Shown here one piece after another: positions 8,617 to 17,641 of a stretch of 25,267 nt of DNA. The stretch is from assembly GCA_964349035.1 (NCBI GenBank), contig CAYGEV010000001.1, positions 1 through 25,267 on the forward strand, in the 5' to 3' direction. The notes under the pieces are model-generated. The model had not been told where the DNA came from. It worked only from the letters and a program-made list of their open reading frames with translations, and ran no database searches. This stretch comes from an uncultured Candidatus Saccharibacteria bacterium. GTDB lineage: Bacteria; Patescibacteriota; Minisyncoccia; Phycocordibacterales; Phycocordibacteraceae. Positions within the stretch are counted from its first letter, which is position 1; each line of letters opens with the position of its first letter. The position numbers were made by a program, and so were the translations under genes.

Positions 8617-9904
8617 AGGGCAATATTGCTGTGACTAGTCGTTCACGTCTCCCATAGGTCGTTACCAAAGCACCGCCAATAATAAAGGCCCATACGCGAC
8701 TCGCAATACGGGCAGTAACGGCGCCGATGAGGCCGTATATGCTCGTAAGAAGAATAAGGGCTCCTATTTGAAAAATGGGAGAGACAACATTAAAGATATA
8801 CAGCTCGCGTTTCGCTTTGTGAGCCTCGAGCAGGGTAATGGAGAGCGTATTTCCTGCAGGGACAAGAGAAAGAGCAAAAATTTGTGAGTAAAAGATTGCC
8901 TCTTGGTATGCGGGAAAGAAGATCTTAAAGAGGGATGGGGCGATAAGGACATAACCGATTGCTGTAATAACGAGGAGGCCAGTAAATCCATAGACGCGGT
9001 ACCAGAATGTTTTCTTAATCTCAGAGAATGGGCGAGTGATAAATTTCGGTAGTGCAAGGGTTGAAACGCTTCCAAACACAGACCTGATTTGTTCCGGCAG
9101 TGCCGTTGCAAGCGCGTACACAGCAAGCTCAACTGCACCTAGGTAATGAAACACAACGATCTTATCTACTTGTTGCGCAATAGTTGAGAGAAGATTCATC
9201 ACGCTGAAGTGCCATCCAAGGTTCTTGTATTCCGCATCTGGCTCGCTGTTTGGTCGATGTCGGGTCAAAATAGCGCGCGCGATAACCATTCCACTGAGAA
9301 TGGTGGAAGCGAGGTAGGTGAAGATGAGCACTAAGGGGTCTTTCGTGGTCTGCATCACAGCTATGAGGCAAAGGGCAGGGACGAAAGCAAAAATGAGTCC
9401 ATAGAGGAAAAGAGCTTTGAAGTTCTTCTTTCCTACAAAGTATGAGCTCCACAAGGTAGCGCTCTGCATGAGTGGTCCAAGTGCTGCGATGATAAGGAGT
9501 CCAGAACCAAGCACGGCATTCCCTTGGAAGAAATAGTATGCGCTCATACAAAGTGCTATACCAGAGAGGGGGAGAGCGAAGCGAATACTTAGTGCAAATG
9601 AAGAGCGGAACACTCCCTCGTGTCCTTGTGTGACCGCTCGGGACATTGCGGACGAGAGTCCAGTCATGGTAAAGGCCGTAAGCACCCAGAAGAGAGCGAT
9701 GAGGAAGCGGTAGGTCCCGTACACCTCCTTAGGGAGAAGATATGCGAAAGCAACTGAGAGTATTAGTCCAGCGAGTGCCCCACCTCCTACGTCGAGAGTG
9801 AGCCAGAGACCACCTTTTGAGAGGTAGGTGAGATCAGTTTTGGTGTACCGCTCTAGGGAACACAATAGTCCTTTGGGGCGATTACCAAGTGACTCTGGTA
9901 GCAT
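8591..9904 (-). CDS. wzx: Oligosaccharide flippase (Wzx/MOP superfamily)
   Basis: 437 aa with about 12 hydrophobic segments. LPKEVYGTY, QVDKIVVFHYLGAVELAVYALA. Converges on and overlaps the 8020 gene by 26 bp. Confidence 0.85.
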   Translation of the reverse strand: MLPESLGNRPKGLLCSLERYTKTDLTYLSKGGLWLTLDVGGGALAGLILSVAFAYLLPKEVYGTYRFLIALFWVLTAFTMTGLSSAMSRAVTQGHEGVFRSSFALSIRFALPLSGIALCMSAYYFFQGNAVLGSGLLIIAALGPLMQSATLWSSYFVGKKNFKALFLYGLIFAFVPALCLIAVMQTTKDPLVLIFTYLASTILSGMVIARAILTRHRPNSEPDAEYKNLGWHFSVMNLLSTIAQQVDKIVVFHYLGAVELAVYALATALPEQIRSVFGSVSTLALPKFITRPFSEIKKTFWYRVYGFTGLLVITAIGYVLIAPSLFKIFFPAYQEAIFYSQIFALSLVPAGNTLSITLLEAHKAKRELYIFNVVSPIFQIGALILLTSIYGLIGAVTARIASRVWAFIIGGALVTTYGRRERLVTAILPSTDSSILK

Positions 9905-9922
9905 AGTGCCTCTATGCTACCA
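9896..9922. promoter_or_regulatory. Perfect 11-bp inverted repeat TGGTAGCATAG-tgcct-CTATGCTACCA covering the wzx start codon
   Basis: Read directly from the sequence. Each arm contains an extended -10-like TGnTAGCAT. The function is inferred. Confidence 0.6.
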
Positions 9923-10029
9923 CTCATTTGGAGATAATTCTTGGTGACCGCCTTATACCAGACGTAGCATGTTACTATATGTTGGTACTTATTAAATACA
10001 CACACTTTATGATTCTTAGAGGAAACATT

Positions 10030-11430
10030 ATGTATGTTGGTAAGAGGATGCTAGTAGGAGTTTCTATCCTGTTGTTCACGGTAGTCTTCGGAAGCACAGT
10101 ATTGGCAGATATTATTTCAGGATCTTCAGACACATCTGCTTCCACTGACGTTACATATACAGAAGTTCTTCTTGCTAAACCAGGAGACGCAGAAGCGGAC
10201 GATACTCTCATCGCGAACATTAGTTTTAAGAATGGAACACTTGCAACCATTACTCCCCCAGCTGGCTGGGCACTTATTCGGAGGACTGACAACAGTACCA
10301 ATATTGGTATGGTCACTTACTCAAAGAGAGTGAGTTCTTTAGAGCCAACTTCTTACGTATGGAACATTAGTCCAGCAGTAGATGCCGCTGGTGGGGTAAC
10401 TCGGTATAGCGGAGTTTTTATAACTCCTGTTGATAATTCTAGTGGAGCAAGTGGTTTTGGAACGAGTTTAACAGCCCCCTCGGTTACTACAACTTCGGCA
10501 TCTGAGCAAATTCTTGCTTTCTTTGCATTCGATAATGGTAAAAATAATAACCAACATTTCAGTACCCCAGTAGGAATGACTGAAAAATACGACTTCTCAA
10601 ACACACCGTCTGGCCCCTCAATTGCTCTTGACGATGTATTGCAGGTAGTTGCAGGGGTCTCTGGTCCGAAGACATCAAACATTACCCCAAATTCTCCACG
10701 TAATTGGGTGGCGCAACAAATCGCTCTTAATCCAGCCACGCTACTCAGTGTCGGGGCAGTTTCCTATTGGAAGTTCGATGATCTAACAGGAAATGCTACG
10801 GATTCTGCTGGCACAAACACTTTAACAAATAGCGGCACTCTCACCTATTCATCGGCATTTATTAACAACGGAGCCGATCATAATATTCTCCAGTATCTTA
10901 GTATTGACGATGCATCTCAGACAGGGTTGGATCTCGTTGATAACTTTACTCTTGCGGGATGGGTGAAGTTTTCAGCAGTACCCAATGATGGGGATAGACA
11001 AACCATGATTGGTAAGTTCGTGCCTCCAAATGGGCTATCATATGCGTTTTCATATGAAGACGACACAAGTCTCAAGGGGGTTAACTTGCAGCTTAATTCG
11101 TCGGGTGATGGATTTACGCAAGTCCAAGGTTACGGAATTATAAACGATAATATTCCTCTTACAATAGGAGTGTGGTATTTCTTCGCGGTCACTCATACAG
11201 GAGGGAGTACTACTTTTTATTTCCAAGGGGATCCTGTAACTACAGTAATTAATTCCGCCACAAACATCTATAACTCAAATTCAGTTTTCACTCTAGGTCG
11301 CGAGAACACAGGATCTGCAAATGCCGTTAAAGGTCAAATGGACGAATGGGGGATTTGGGGTAGAGTGCTTTCTGCGTCAGAAATCTCGCAACTCTATAAC
11401 AACGGAAATGGAATCCAGTATCCATTTTAA
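10030..11430 (+). CDS. Secreted protein with C-terminal LamG/concanavalin A-like domain and Ser/Thr-rich N-terminal beta-rich region
   Basis: Signal-peptide-like MLVGVSILLFTVVFGSTVLA. LamG motifs VSYWKFD, FTLAGWVK, WYFFAVT, FTLGR, GQMDEWGIWGRVLSASEISQLY. Start uncertain (9979, 10030 or 10048). Confidence 0.8.
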   Translation: MYVGKRMLVGVSILLFTVVFGSTVLADIISGSSDTSASTDVTYTEVLLAKPGDAEADDTLIANISFKNGTLATITPPAGWALIRRTDNSTNIGMVTYSKRVSSLEPTSYVWNISPAVDAAGGVTRYSGVFITPVDNSSGASGFGTSLTAPSVTTTSASEQILAFFAFDNGKNNNQHFSTPVGMTEKYDFSNTPSGPSIALDDVLQVVAGVSGPKTSNITPNSPRNWVAQQIALNPATLLSVGAVSYWKFDDLTGNATDSAGTNTLTNSGTLTYSSAFINNGADHNILQYLSIDDASQTGLDLVDNFTLAGWVKFSAVPNDGDRQTMIGKFVPPNGLSYAFSYEDDTSLKGVNLQLNSSGDGFTQVQGYGIINDNIPLTIGVWYFFAVTHTGGSTTFYFQGDPVTTVINSATNIYNSNSVFTLGRENTGSANAVKGQMDEWGIWGRVLSASEISQLYNNGNGIQYPF

Positions 11431-11459
11431 GCAACTTTTTGTTTTGGACTACGAGCGCT

Positions 11460-12860
11460 ATGCTAGGCATGCAGGATGAGGAGATTGATGCAGATGTTTG
11501 TATTGTGGGCGCTGGGCCAGCAGGAATTGCGCTTGCTGAATTCCTCGCCGAGAATGGGAAGTCGGTATGTTTGCTTGAAAGCGGCGGGAAGGAGATGGGT
11601 ACCCACTCTTTCTTTTCAGAGTCATTACAAATAAAAGGAAGGTCTATAAGAGAAGACTCGCGTATCCGTGCGTTTGGCGGAACAACAAAAGTGTGGGCTG
11701 GTAGGTGGAAACTTTTTGATGCCATTGATTTCAGCGAGCGCGCCGACATTCCATTTTCCGGCTGGCCCTTCTCGCGAGAGGTATTGCTACCGTTCTACAA
11801 CGAAGCAGCTCGTCGTTTTGGAGCGCCCTGCACTACAGAATTTACTCATCCGAGCGTCAGTGAAGCAACGCAAGATTTTTGTGCAGACGGAGTATTTGAG
11901 CCGACCGTTTTTTGGACGTTCCCACGAAAGGAGGTAGATTTCGGAGCTCGTTTTTTCTCACGCGTGGCGAAAAACAAGAATATACAGTTGGTGCTCGACG
12001 CGACACTCGTCCACATCCAGACTTCCGGAGCACAGGTTGCCCATATGCGTTTTCGTTCACGAGCAGGGAAGGAGGGTACGGTGTGTGCTAAGAAATATGT
12101 ACTCGCGTGCGGTGGAATAGAAAACGCACGCCTCCTTCTCATCTCAAGTATCGGTGGGCCTGCCATAGGTAGATATTTTATGGATCACCCCAAAGGAGTG
12201 CTCGCTACTATCCGACCCTCACCAAAATTTATGTATGCAAATGAGTGGCTTCGAAAGGATGTGAGTAAGGGGTCGTATCGCGTCGGATTTCGGCTTTCAG
12301 AGAAGCTACAGTCTATGAAGGGAATTTTAAATTCTTACATCCAACTTGAACCAATATATTTAGAATCGTATTGGTATAAACTATTACGAAAACTTAGACT
12401 ACCAGTTCCACTACAACATGTTGCGGTCGTAAGTTATCTTGAACAGGTGCCGTCGAGAGAAAATCGTATTGTGCTTGTAGAAGAAAAAGATTCTTTTGGT
12501 TTGCCGAAAGCCGAGCTTTCTTGGAACATTAGTCCACTAGACACAAAGACTATTGTTGAATTACATTTTTTGTTACGCCAGCGCCTCAAGCAACTTGATC
12601 TTGGAATTCTTGATACAGAAATGCTAGAGATGTCTCCGCCCGGCTGGGAGCGACTACGCGACGCCTCGCATCACACAGGGACTACTCGTATGGGGAATGA
12701 CCCAGAGACCTCCGTGATAAATCCCGATGGAAGAGTCCATGAAATAGACAACCTGTATGTGGTGGGGAGCTCAGTCTTCCCAACCTCTGGGCATGCAAAC
12801 CCAACAGCGACAATTATTGCTTTAGCTCTTAAACTAGGGCATCATCTAGCTCATGGATAA
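11460..12860 (+). CDS. GMC-family FAD-dependent oxidoreductase
   Basis: VCIVGAGPAG, LLESG, FGGTT..W.G, LACGGIENARLLL, YFMDHP, catalytic His/Asn region HHTGTTRMG...SVFPTSGHANPT. Start is ATG 11460 or 11469. Confidence 0.9.
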   Translation: MLGMQDEEIDADVCIVGAGPAGIALAEFLAENGKSVCLLESGGKEMGTHSFFSESLQIKGRSIREDSRIRAFGGTTKVWAGRWKLFDAIDFSERADIPFSGWPFSREVLLPFYNEAARRFGAPCTTEFTHPSVSEATQDFCADGVFEPTVFWTFPRKEVDFGARFFSRVAKNKNIQLVLDATLVHIQTSGAQVAHMRFRSRAGKEGTVCAKKYVLACGGIENARLLLISSIGGPAIGRYFMDHPKGVLATIRPSPKFMYANEWLRKDVSKGSYRVGFRLSEKLQSMKGILNSYIQLEPIYLESYWYKLLRKLRLPVPLQHVAVVSYLEQVPSRENRIVLVEEKDSFGLPKAELSWNISPLDTKTIVELHFLLRQRLKQLDLGILDTEMLEMSPPGWERLRDASHHTGTTRMGNDPETSVINPDGRVHEIDNLYVVGSSVFPTSGHANPTATIIALALKLGHHLAHG

Positions 12861-13875
12861 GCGAAGGGTCATTATCATTGGTGCCGGTAAGCGGGTAGAG
12901 CGAGTGATACTGCCGGCCCTCTACTGTCTACAAGATGACGTTGAAATTGTAAATATCATGGCACGAACAGCTCGGCTTAAGTCATTTCTTGATAAACGTC
13001 TCGAGGTATCGATTGTTACGGAAGTAGCAGATGTCGTGTGGAGCTCTACGGAGCTTGTCATTATTGCTGTCCCTAAGGAGGCCGTAGCATCAGTTTTGCG
13101 TAAGATACCTCGACAATTCCGTTCACGACTAATACTTCTTGTCGATACGCCGGTTATTCCCCTACGCTCTCTTGGCACATTGCGCATATTTGATGACTTC
13201 AAGCGGGTTCTTGTTTCTGAGGACTACCTCGGAGTTCCTTTTTTTGAGGCAGCTAAAGTGTTTTTACAAGAGGGTAAAATCGGGGATCTTCATGCTATTC
13301 ACTTTATGCACAGCGGGTATCGGTACCATGCGCTTGCCGCAATAAAGCATCTTTCTGGTTGTTCTACATTTTCGTATATTCGTATGCGTAATCGAGGCGC
13401 AGTAGAGCGTGATATACGCACCGCAAACAATGTTAGAGCACATATTCTCGAGCCACGTGATTACCGTAACGGACGCACTCTCATCGTAGGAGCAAAGGGG
13501 ACAATCGGAGATTATCCTCTTCAGGGACTGAATCACAGGATGCTTGATACAAGTGTGGGGAGCGCAGTTTTTTTTGAAGGAAAGTTGGTAGGGAATAATG
13601 AGATCACAGACAAAGCTTTGCGCACACATGGAGACGGTGTTGTTCCGCAAGATCAAACCGACGCTGCCAAAGTTTATGGGTTTATGCGTCTCGTGCAAGC
13701 AAGCTTCGAGCCAGTATCCAATTATCATTACCAACCTCTTGAAGCAGTGTATGACAATCTTGCTTGCGCAGTAAGTGATCGATTCGGGTGGTTTTTCGAT
13801 ATTCCATTCGGGAAGACTTCAGTGGTCAAAATAGGTATCCGAATATTCGCGAGGATACTTTCTCGTCCATTATGA
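12853..13875 (+). CDS. Divergent Gfo/Idh/MocA-like NAD(P)-dependent oxidoreductase
   Basis: N-terminal Rossmann VIIIGAGKRV and LVIIAVP. LLVDTPV aligns with the usual EKP position; VSEDY and IGDL follow. The C-terminal half is not recognisable. Confidence 0.6.
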   Translation: MDKRRVIIIGAGKRVERVILPALYCLQDDVEIVNIMARTARLKSFLDKRLEVSIVTEVADVVWSSTELVIIAVPKEAVASVLRKIPRQFRSRLILLVDTPVIPLRSLGTLRIFDDFKRVLVSEDYLGVPFFEAAKVFLQEGKIGDLHAIHFMHSGYRYHALAAIKHLSGCSTFSYIRMRNRGAVERDIRTANNVRAHILEPRDYRNGRTLIVGAKGTIGDYPLQGLNHRMLDTSVGSAVFFEGKLVGNNEITDKALRTHGDGVVPQDQTDAAKVYGFMRLVQASFEPVSNYHYQPLEAVYDNLACAVSDRFGWFFDIPFGKTSVVKIGIRIFARILSRPL

Positions 13876-15734
13876 AAAAAACACACTGGGAGTACCTAGC
13901 AGATCAGGTGCACAATCTTGCGGGCGTACCTATCCTTGATCTCGGTTCTGGCAAAGGAGCGTTTCTTTTGCAGGCGGCAGAGCGCGGAGCAACAGTAACG
14001 GGGCTAGAAATAAGTGAGAAATATATACGTATGGCGAAGGAGCGACTTTCTTCTGCGGGATACCATGTGAGGATAGAACATGGAGCAGGGGAACACCTCC
14101 CTTTTCGTGATGCAGAATTTGGATTCATCAATATGTGCGAAGTCATTGAGCACGTTGAAGACCCCGACCGTCTTCTGTCGGAGGCGTATCGCGTACTTCA
14201 GTCTGGTGGGCACGCGTACCTAAGTGTCCCGAACCGTTTTGGTTTTCGAGATCAGCACTTCCATTTGTATTTGGTCAATTGGTTTCCGCGGGCTCTCTCT
14301 GATTTGTTTATCATTATGTTTGGGAAGCATAAAGACTATGCAGATACAGGTATCGGGCGACAAAGTCTTACCGACATGCATTACTTCACTTTCGGAACGA
14401 TTGTGCAGAGAGCGAGAGAAGTGGGATTTGAGGTGCAAGATATGCGCGTGACACGCATTACTCGAGAACTACATGGTATCAAACGATACCTCGCGCTCAT
14501 GGGGTATCGTATCCTGCGTGCATTTTATTTCGACTCATTTCATCTTTTGCTTACTAAGCCGACGAATGGTTCCCGTAGTCAGACTATAGATAATGTGACC
14601 ACGGGGGCATCGAAGCCCATCAAGGTTGCTCTCGTTATTAATGGGTTTCTTATCGGTGGGGCACAAAATGTGCTTTTGCAAATAATTAAGCGCATAGACC
14701 GCACACGCTTTACTCCCGTTTTGATTACACTTATGCGCAAACATAGCGACGAGAAGCAATATTTGTTTGACCAGCTTCCTGCCGGTACACAGATATATGA
14801 TTTGCGTTTCAAGGGATTTTTCGATATGCGCGCGTGGAGAATGCTCTGGCGCGCGCTCCGGGAGAGTAATCCTGACGTCGTGTTCTCAAACCTGTTTTTC
14901 AGCAATACGGTTATGCGGTTCCTGAAGCCACTTTTCGGCTATCGCGTGATTATTGCCGAGCATAATACTTATGTTGATAAGACATTGCTTCAGAAAGTTG
15001 CTGACTGGTGTCTTTCGTGGGTGACATACCGTATCGTCGCGGTATCGAAGACGGTTGCACGCTTTACGGCGAAGCAGGAGCACATATCTCCGTCAAAGTT
15101 TTTTATCAACCATGGCGGTATCGACATCAGGGCGATGCAGAAAGAAATGGATGAGTCTGATCCACTTGAGACGTGGAAGCGTACCGGATTTACTCCTCCG
15201 AATAAAATAATTCTTTCGGTTGCGCGCGTGGTGCCCCAGAAGAATCAGCGTCTCACGCTCGAGGGGTTCGCTCTCTTTGCTCCATCTCACCCCGAATACC
15301 GCCTCCTCGTTATCGGCGGGGGGAATTTGGTTCATGAGCTCGAAGCGTATGCGAAGGAGCTCGGTATCGGAGAGAAAGTGCGTTTCCTTGGATATCAGAA
15401 GCAGATGTATCCATTTTTCAAAATCTCTCACTTCTTCGTATCGACATCTCTTGTGGAAGGATTTGGTACTACCCACGTCGAGGCGCTTGTGGCGGGTCTC
15501 CCGCTCGTAAGTACGAAGACCGCGGGGCCTGACGAGATCATTAAAGAAGGGGTGAACGGCTTCTTTATTCCTGAGTACACGAAAGAAGCGGTGGCAGAGA
15601 GCCTAGCCAAGATGGCCGCTCTCGACCTCGAGCGTATGCGAGAGGCTGTTCGCAAATCAGCAGAACCATTCGCAATTGAGTGTATGATAGAGAAGTATGA
15701 AAAGCTTTTCGCTGATGCTGGCGCAAGTGTGTAA
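13872..15734 (+). CDS. Fused SAM methyltransferase + GT4 glycosyltransferase
   Basis: ATG 13872 overlaps the upstream TGA. N-domain ILDLGSGKG, LPFRDAEF, VIEHV, VLQSGG. C-domain GGAQ, VARVVPQKN, EGFGTTHVEALVAG. No stop between the domains. Confidence 0.88.
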   Translation: MKKTHWEYLADQVHNLAGVPILDLGSGKGAFLLQAAERGATVTGLEISEKYIRMAKERLSSAGYHVRIEHGAGEHLPFRDAEFGFINMCEVIEHVEDPDRLLSEAYRVLQSGGHAYLSVPNRFGFRDQHFHLYLVNWFPRALSDLFIIMFGKHKDYADTGIGRQSLTDMHYFTFGTIVQRAREVGFEVQDMRVTRITRELHGIKRYLALMGYRILRAFYFDSFHLLLTKPTNGSRSQTIDNVTTGASKPIKVALVINGFLIGGAQNVLLQIIKRIDRTRFTPVLITLMRKHSDEKQYLFDQLPAGTQIYDLRFKGFFDMRAWRMLWRALRESNPDVVFSNLFFSNTVMRFLKPLFGYRVIIAEHNTYVDKTLLQKVADWCLSWVTYRIVAVSKTVARFTAKQEHISPSKFFINHGGIDIRAMQKEMDESDPLETWKRTGFTPPNKIILSVARVVPQKNQRLTLEGFALFAPSHPEYRLLVIGGGNLVHELEAYAKELGIGEKVRFLGYQKQMYPFFKISHFFVSTSLVEGFGTTHVEALVAGLPLVSTKTAGPDEIIKEGVNGFFIPEYTKEAVAESLAKMAALDLERMREAVRKSAEPFAIECMIEKYEKLFADAGASV

Positions 15735-16601
15735 GTGAACCACATGTCTTTCTTTAGGCATCTGCAGTATAAAATCTTTCGTGCAATCGGTACCATACCC
15801 TGGATACGATGGGGATTGCGCTACCGGATCTTCCAATACATGAAGCGGACTGATTATGAATTTGTCGTCCCGTTCTTTGGTCGCGTGTACCGTGGGAATT
15901 TCGATAATGTCCTCGACAGGCATGTGTACTTCTATGGCGCTCATGAAAAAGAAGTCATGGAATATATGGGTTCGAGAATATCTTCTGAGAGCATCGTGCT
16001 TGATGTCGGTGCAAACGTCGGACACCACTCACTGTTTTTTGCTACAAAAGGGAAGGAGGTTCATGCGTTCGAGCCGAATCCAGAATATTGCGAACAATTC
16101 AAAGTATTGATGAAAGAAAACGGCATGACGAACGTGTTTTTGCATGCGGTGGGACTTGGCGAAGCGAAGAAAGATGCGGCGTATTACGCGCCCGAGAGGG
16201 AATCTCGAGGGGTCGGCTCTTTCATTGATAAACATTGGCCAACCAACAAAGAAGCGGGTATTCTCCCGATTGAAAAAGGGGATGATGTCGTTGCTGCTCT
16301 TGGCTTGTCGAGGGTCGACTTTATAAAAATAGATGTAGAACGCTACGAGCAGTTTGTACTGCAGGGTCTTCAAGAGACCATGAGAGTATTCCGCCCGATT
16401 ATAGTGATGGAGTATGCAAAGCAAGACTTTGAGACTGAAGATAGATTTCGTTCTCTGATACATGGATATACGCCATATGCGCTACGAGTAAACAAACCGT
16501 TTCTTTTCTTTTTCAATAATCCTACATGCCGGGTAGAACCGTTCGATATAAAGAAGTCTGGAAAGACTGAAGTACTCTTGGTGCCTTCAGACATATCTTG
16601 A
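15735..16601 (+). CDS. FkbM-family methyltransferase
   Basis: VLDVGANVGHHS, VHAFEPNP, VDFIKIDVERYEQFVLQG. Start is GTG 15735 or ATG 15744. Confidence 0.9.
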   Translation: MNHMSFFRHLQYKIFRAIGTIPWIRWGLRYRIFQYMKRTDYEFVVPFFGRVYRGNFDNVLDRHVYFYGAHEKEVMEYMGSRISSESIVLDVGANVGHHSLFFATKGKEVHAFEPNPEYCEQFKVLMKENGMTNVFLHAVGLGEAKKDAAYYAPERESRGVGSFIDKHWPTNKEAGILPIEKGDDVVAALGLSRVDFIKIDVERYEQFVLQGLQETMRVFRPIIVMEYAKQDFETEDRFRSLIHGYTPYALRVNKPFLFFFNNPTCRVEPFDIKKSGKTEVLLVPSDIS

Positions 16602-16645
16602 GGGTATTCTCGACAGTAGGATGAGGCTGAGTTAGGATACAAGTA

Positions 16646-17617
16646 ATGAAATTTTTCGTCACGGGCGGGGCGGGGTTTATCGGGAGTACCTTTTGTGATC
16701 ATCTTTTACGTGGGGGACATGAGGTGGTATGTTTCGATAATCTTTCTACGGGGAAAGAGTTTTTCATACAGGATGCCTTACAGAATCCAAAGTTTCGATT
16801 TGTTAAGGGTGACATTACGATTCTAGAAGAAATAAAGAACGCAGTAGAGGAGGTAAAGCCAGACTGGGTGGCGCACTTCGCTGCTAATGCTGATGTGCGC
16901 CATGGACTTAAGCATCCTCGCAAAGATCTTGATGTGAACACTATTGGTACATGGAATGTACTTGAGGCGTGTCGTGGGGCAGGAGCAAAGAAGATTCTTT
17001 TCAGCTCAACCTCTGCTGTGTACGGAGACCCTATGATATTTCCAACACCAGAGAATGAGCCATTTCCAGAGCAAACGTCGCTCTATGGGGCTTCTAAGGC
17101 GGCTGCAGAGGGTCTTATTTCATCGTATTGTCACGGCTATGGGATGACGGCAGTCGTATTTCGTTTTGCATCGATCGTGGGTCCTCGCTATACACACGGG
17201 CACGTATTTGATTTTGTGAAGAAGTTGAAAGCAGATTCCACACGCATGGAGATCTTGGGAGATGGCAATCTGCCGAAATCTTATATTCACATCAAAGATC
17301 TCATGCGCGGACTCCAGGCGACTCTCGACGGAGCAGAGTCCGGAGCTCTTACGAAGCCGTTCAATGTTTTTAATATTGGTCACGAAGAAACACTTGTTAT
17401 TAAAGATAGTGCGACGATTATTGCAAAACGTATGGGACTCACGCCAACATTTCACTTCACTGGCGGTACGGGTGGGTGGATTGGTGACCACAAAGTTCTT
17501 CTCGATACGAAACGACTACGTTCCCTTGGGTGGAGTCCTGAACACTCAATTGAGAATGGGATTCTCGATACTGTAGATTATTTACTTGCGAATACTGACC
17601 TCTTGTTGCGAGAATAG
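16646..17617 (+). CDS. NAD-dependent nucleotide-sugar epimerase (extended SDR; candidate LmbM-like)
   Basis: TGGAGFIG, AANADV, SSTSAVYG, YGASK catalytic motif, HGHVFDF. Confidence 0.88.
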   Translation: MKFFVTGGAGFIGSTFCDHLLRGGHEVVCFDNLSTGKEFFIQDALQNPKFRFVKGDITILEEIKNAVEEVKPDWVAHFAANADVRHGLKHPRKDLDVNTIGTWNVLEACRGAGAKKILFSSTSAVYGDPMIFPTPENEPFPEQTSLYGASKAAAEGLISSYCHGYGMTAVVFRFASIVGPRYTHGHVFDFVKKLKADSTRMEILGDGNLPKSYIHIKDLMRGLQATLDGAESGALTKPFNVFNIGHEETLVIKDSATIIAKRMGLTPTFHFTGGTGGWIGDHKVLLDTKRLRSLGWSPEHSIENGILDTVDYLLANTDLLLRE

Positions 17618-17641
17618 GTAGGAGTGGTAGCATAAGCCGAT

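Noticed and set aside
13568-13575. T8 homopolymer (also A7 at 5221-5227) as phase-variation tracts
   Set aside because: Too short, and the reading frames are intact.
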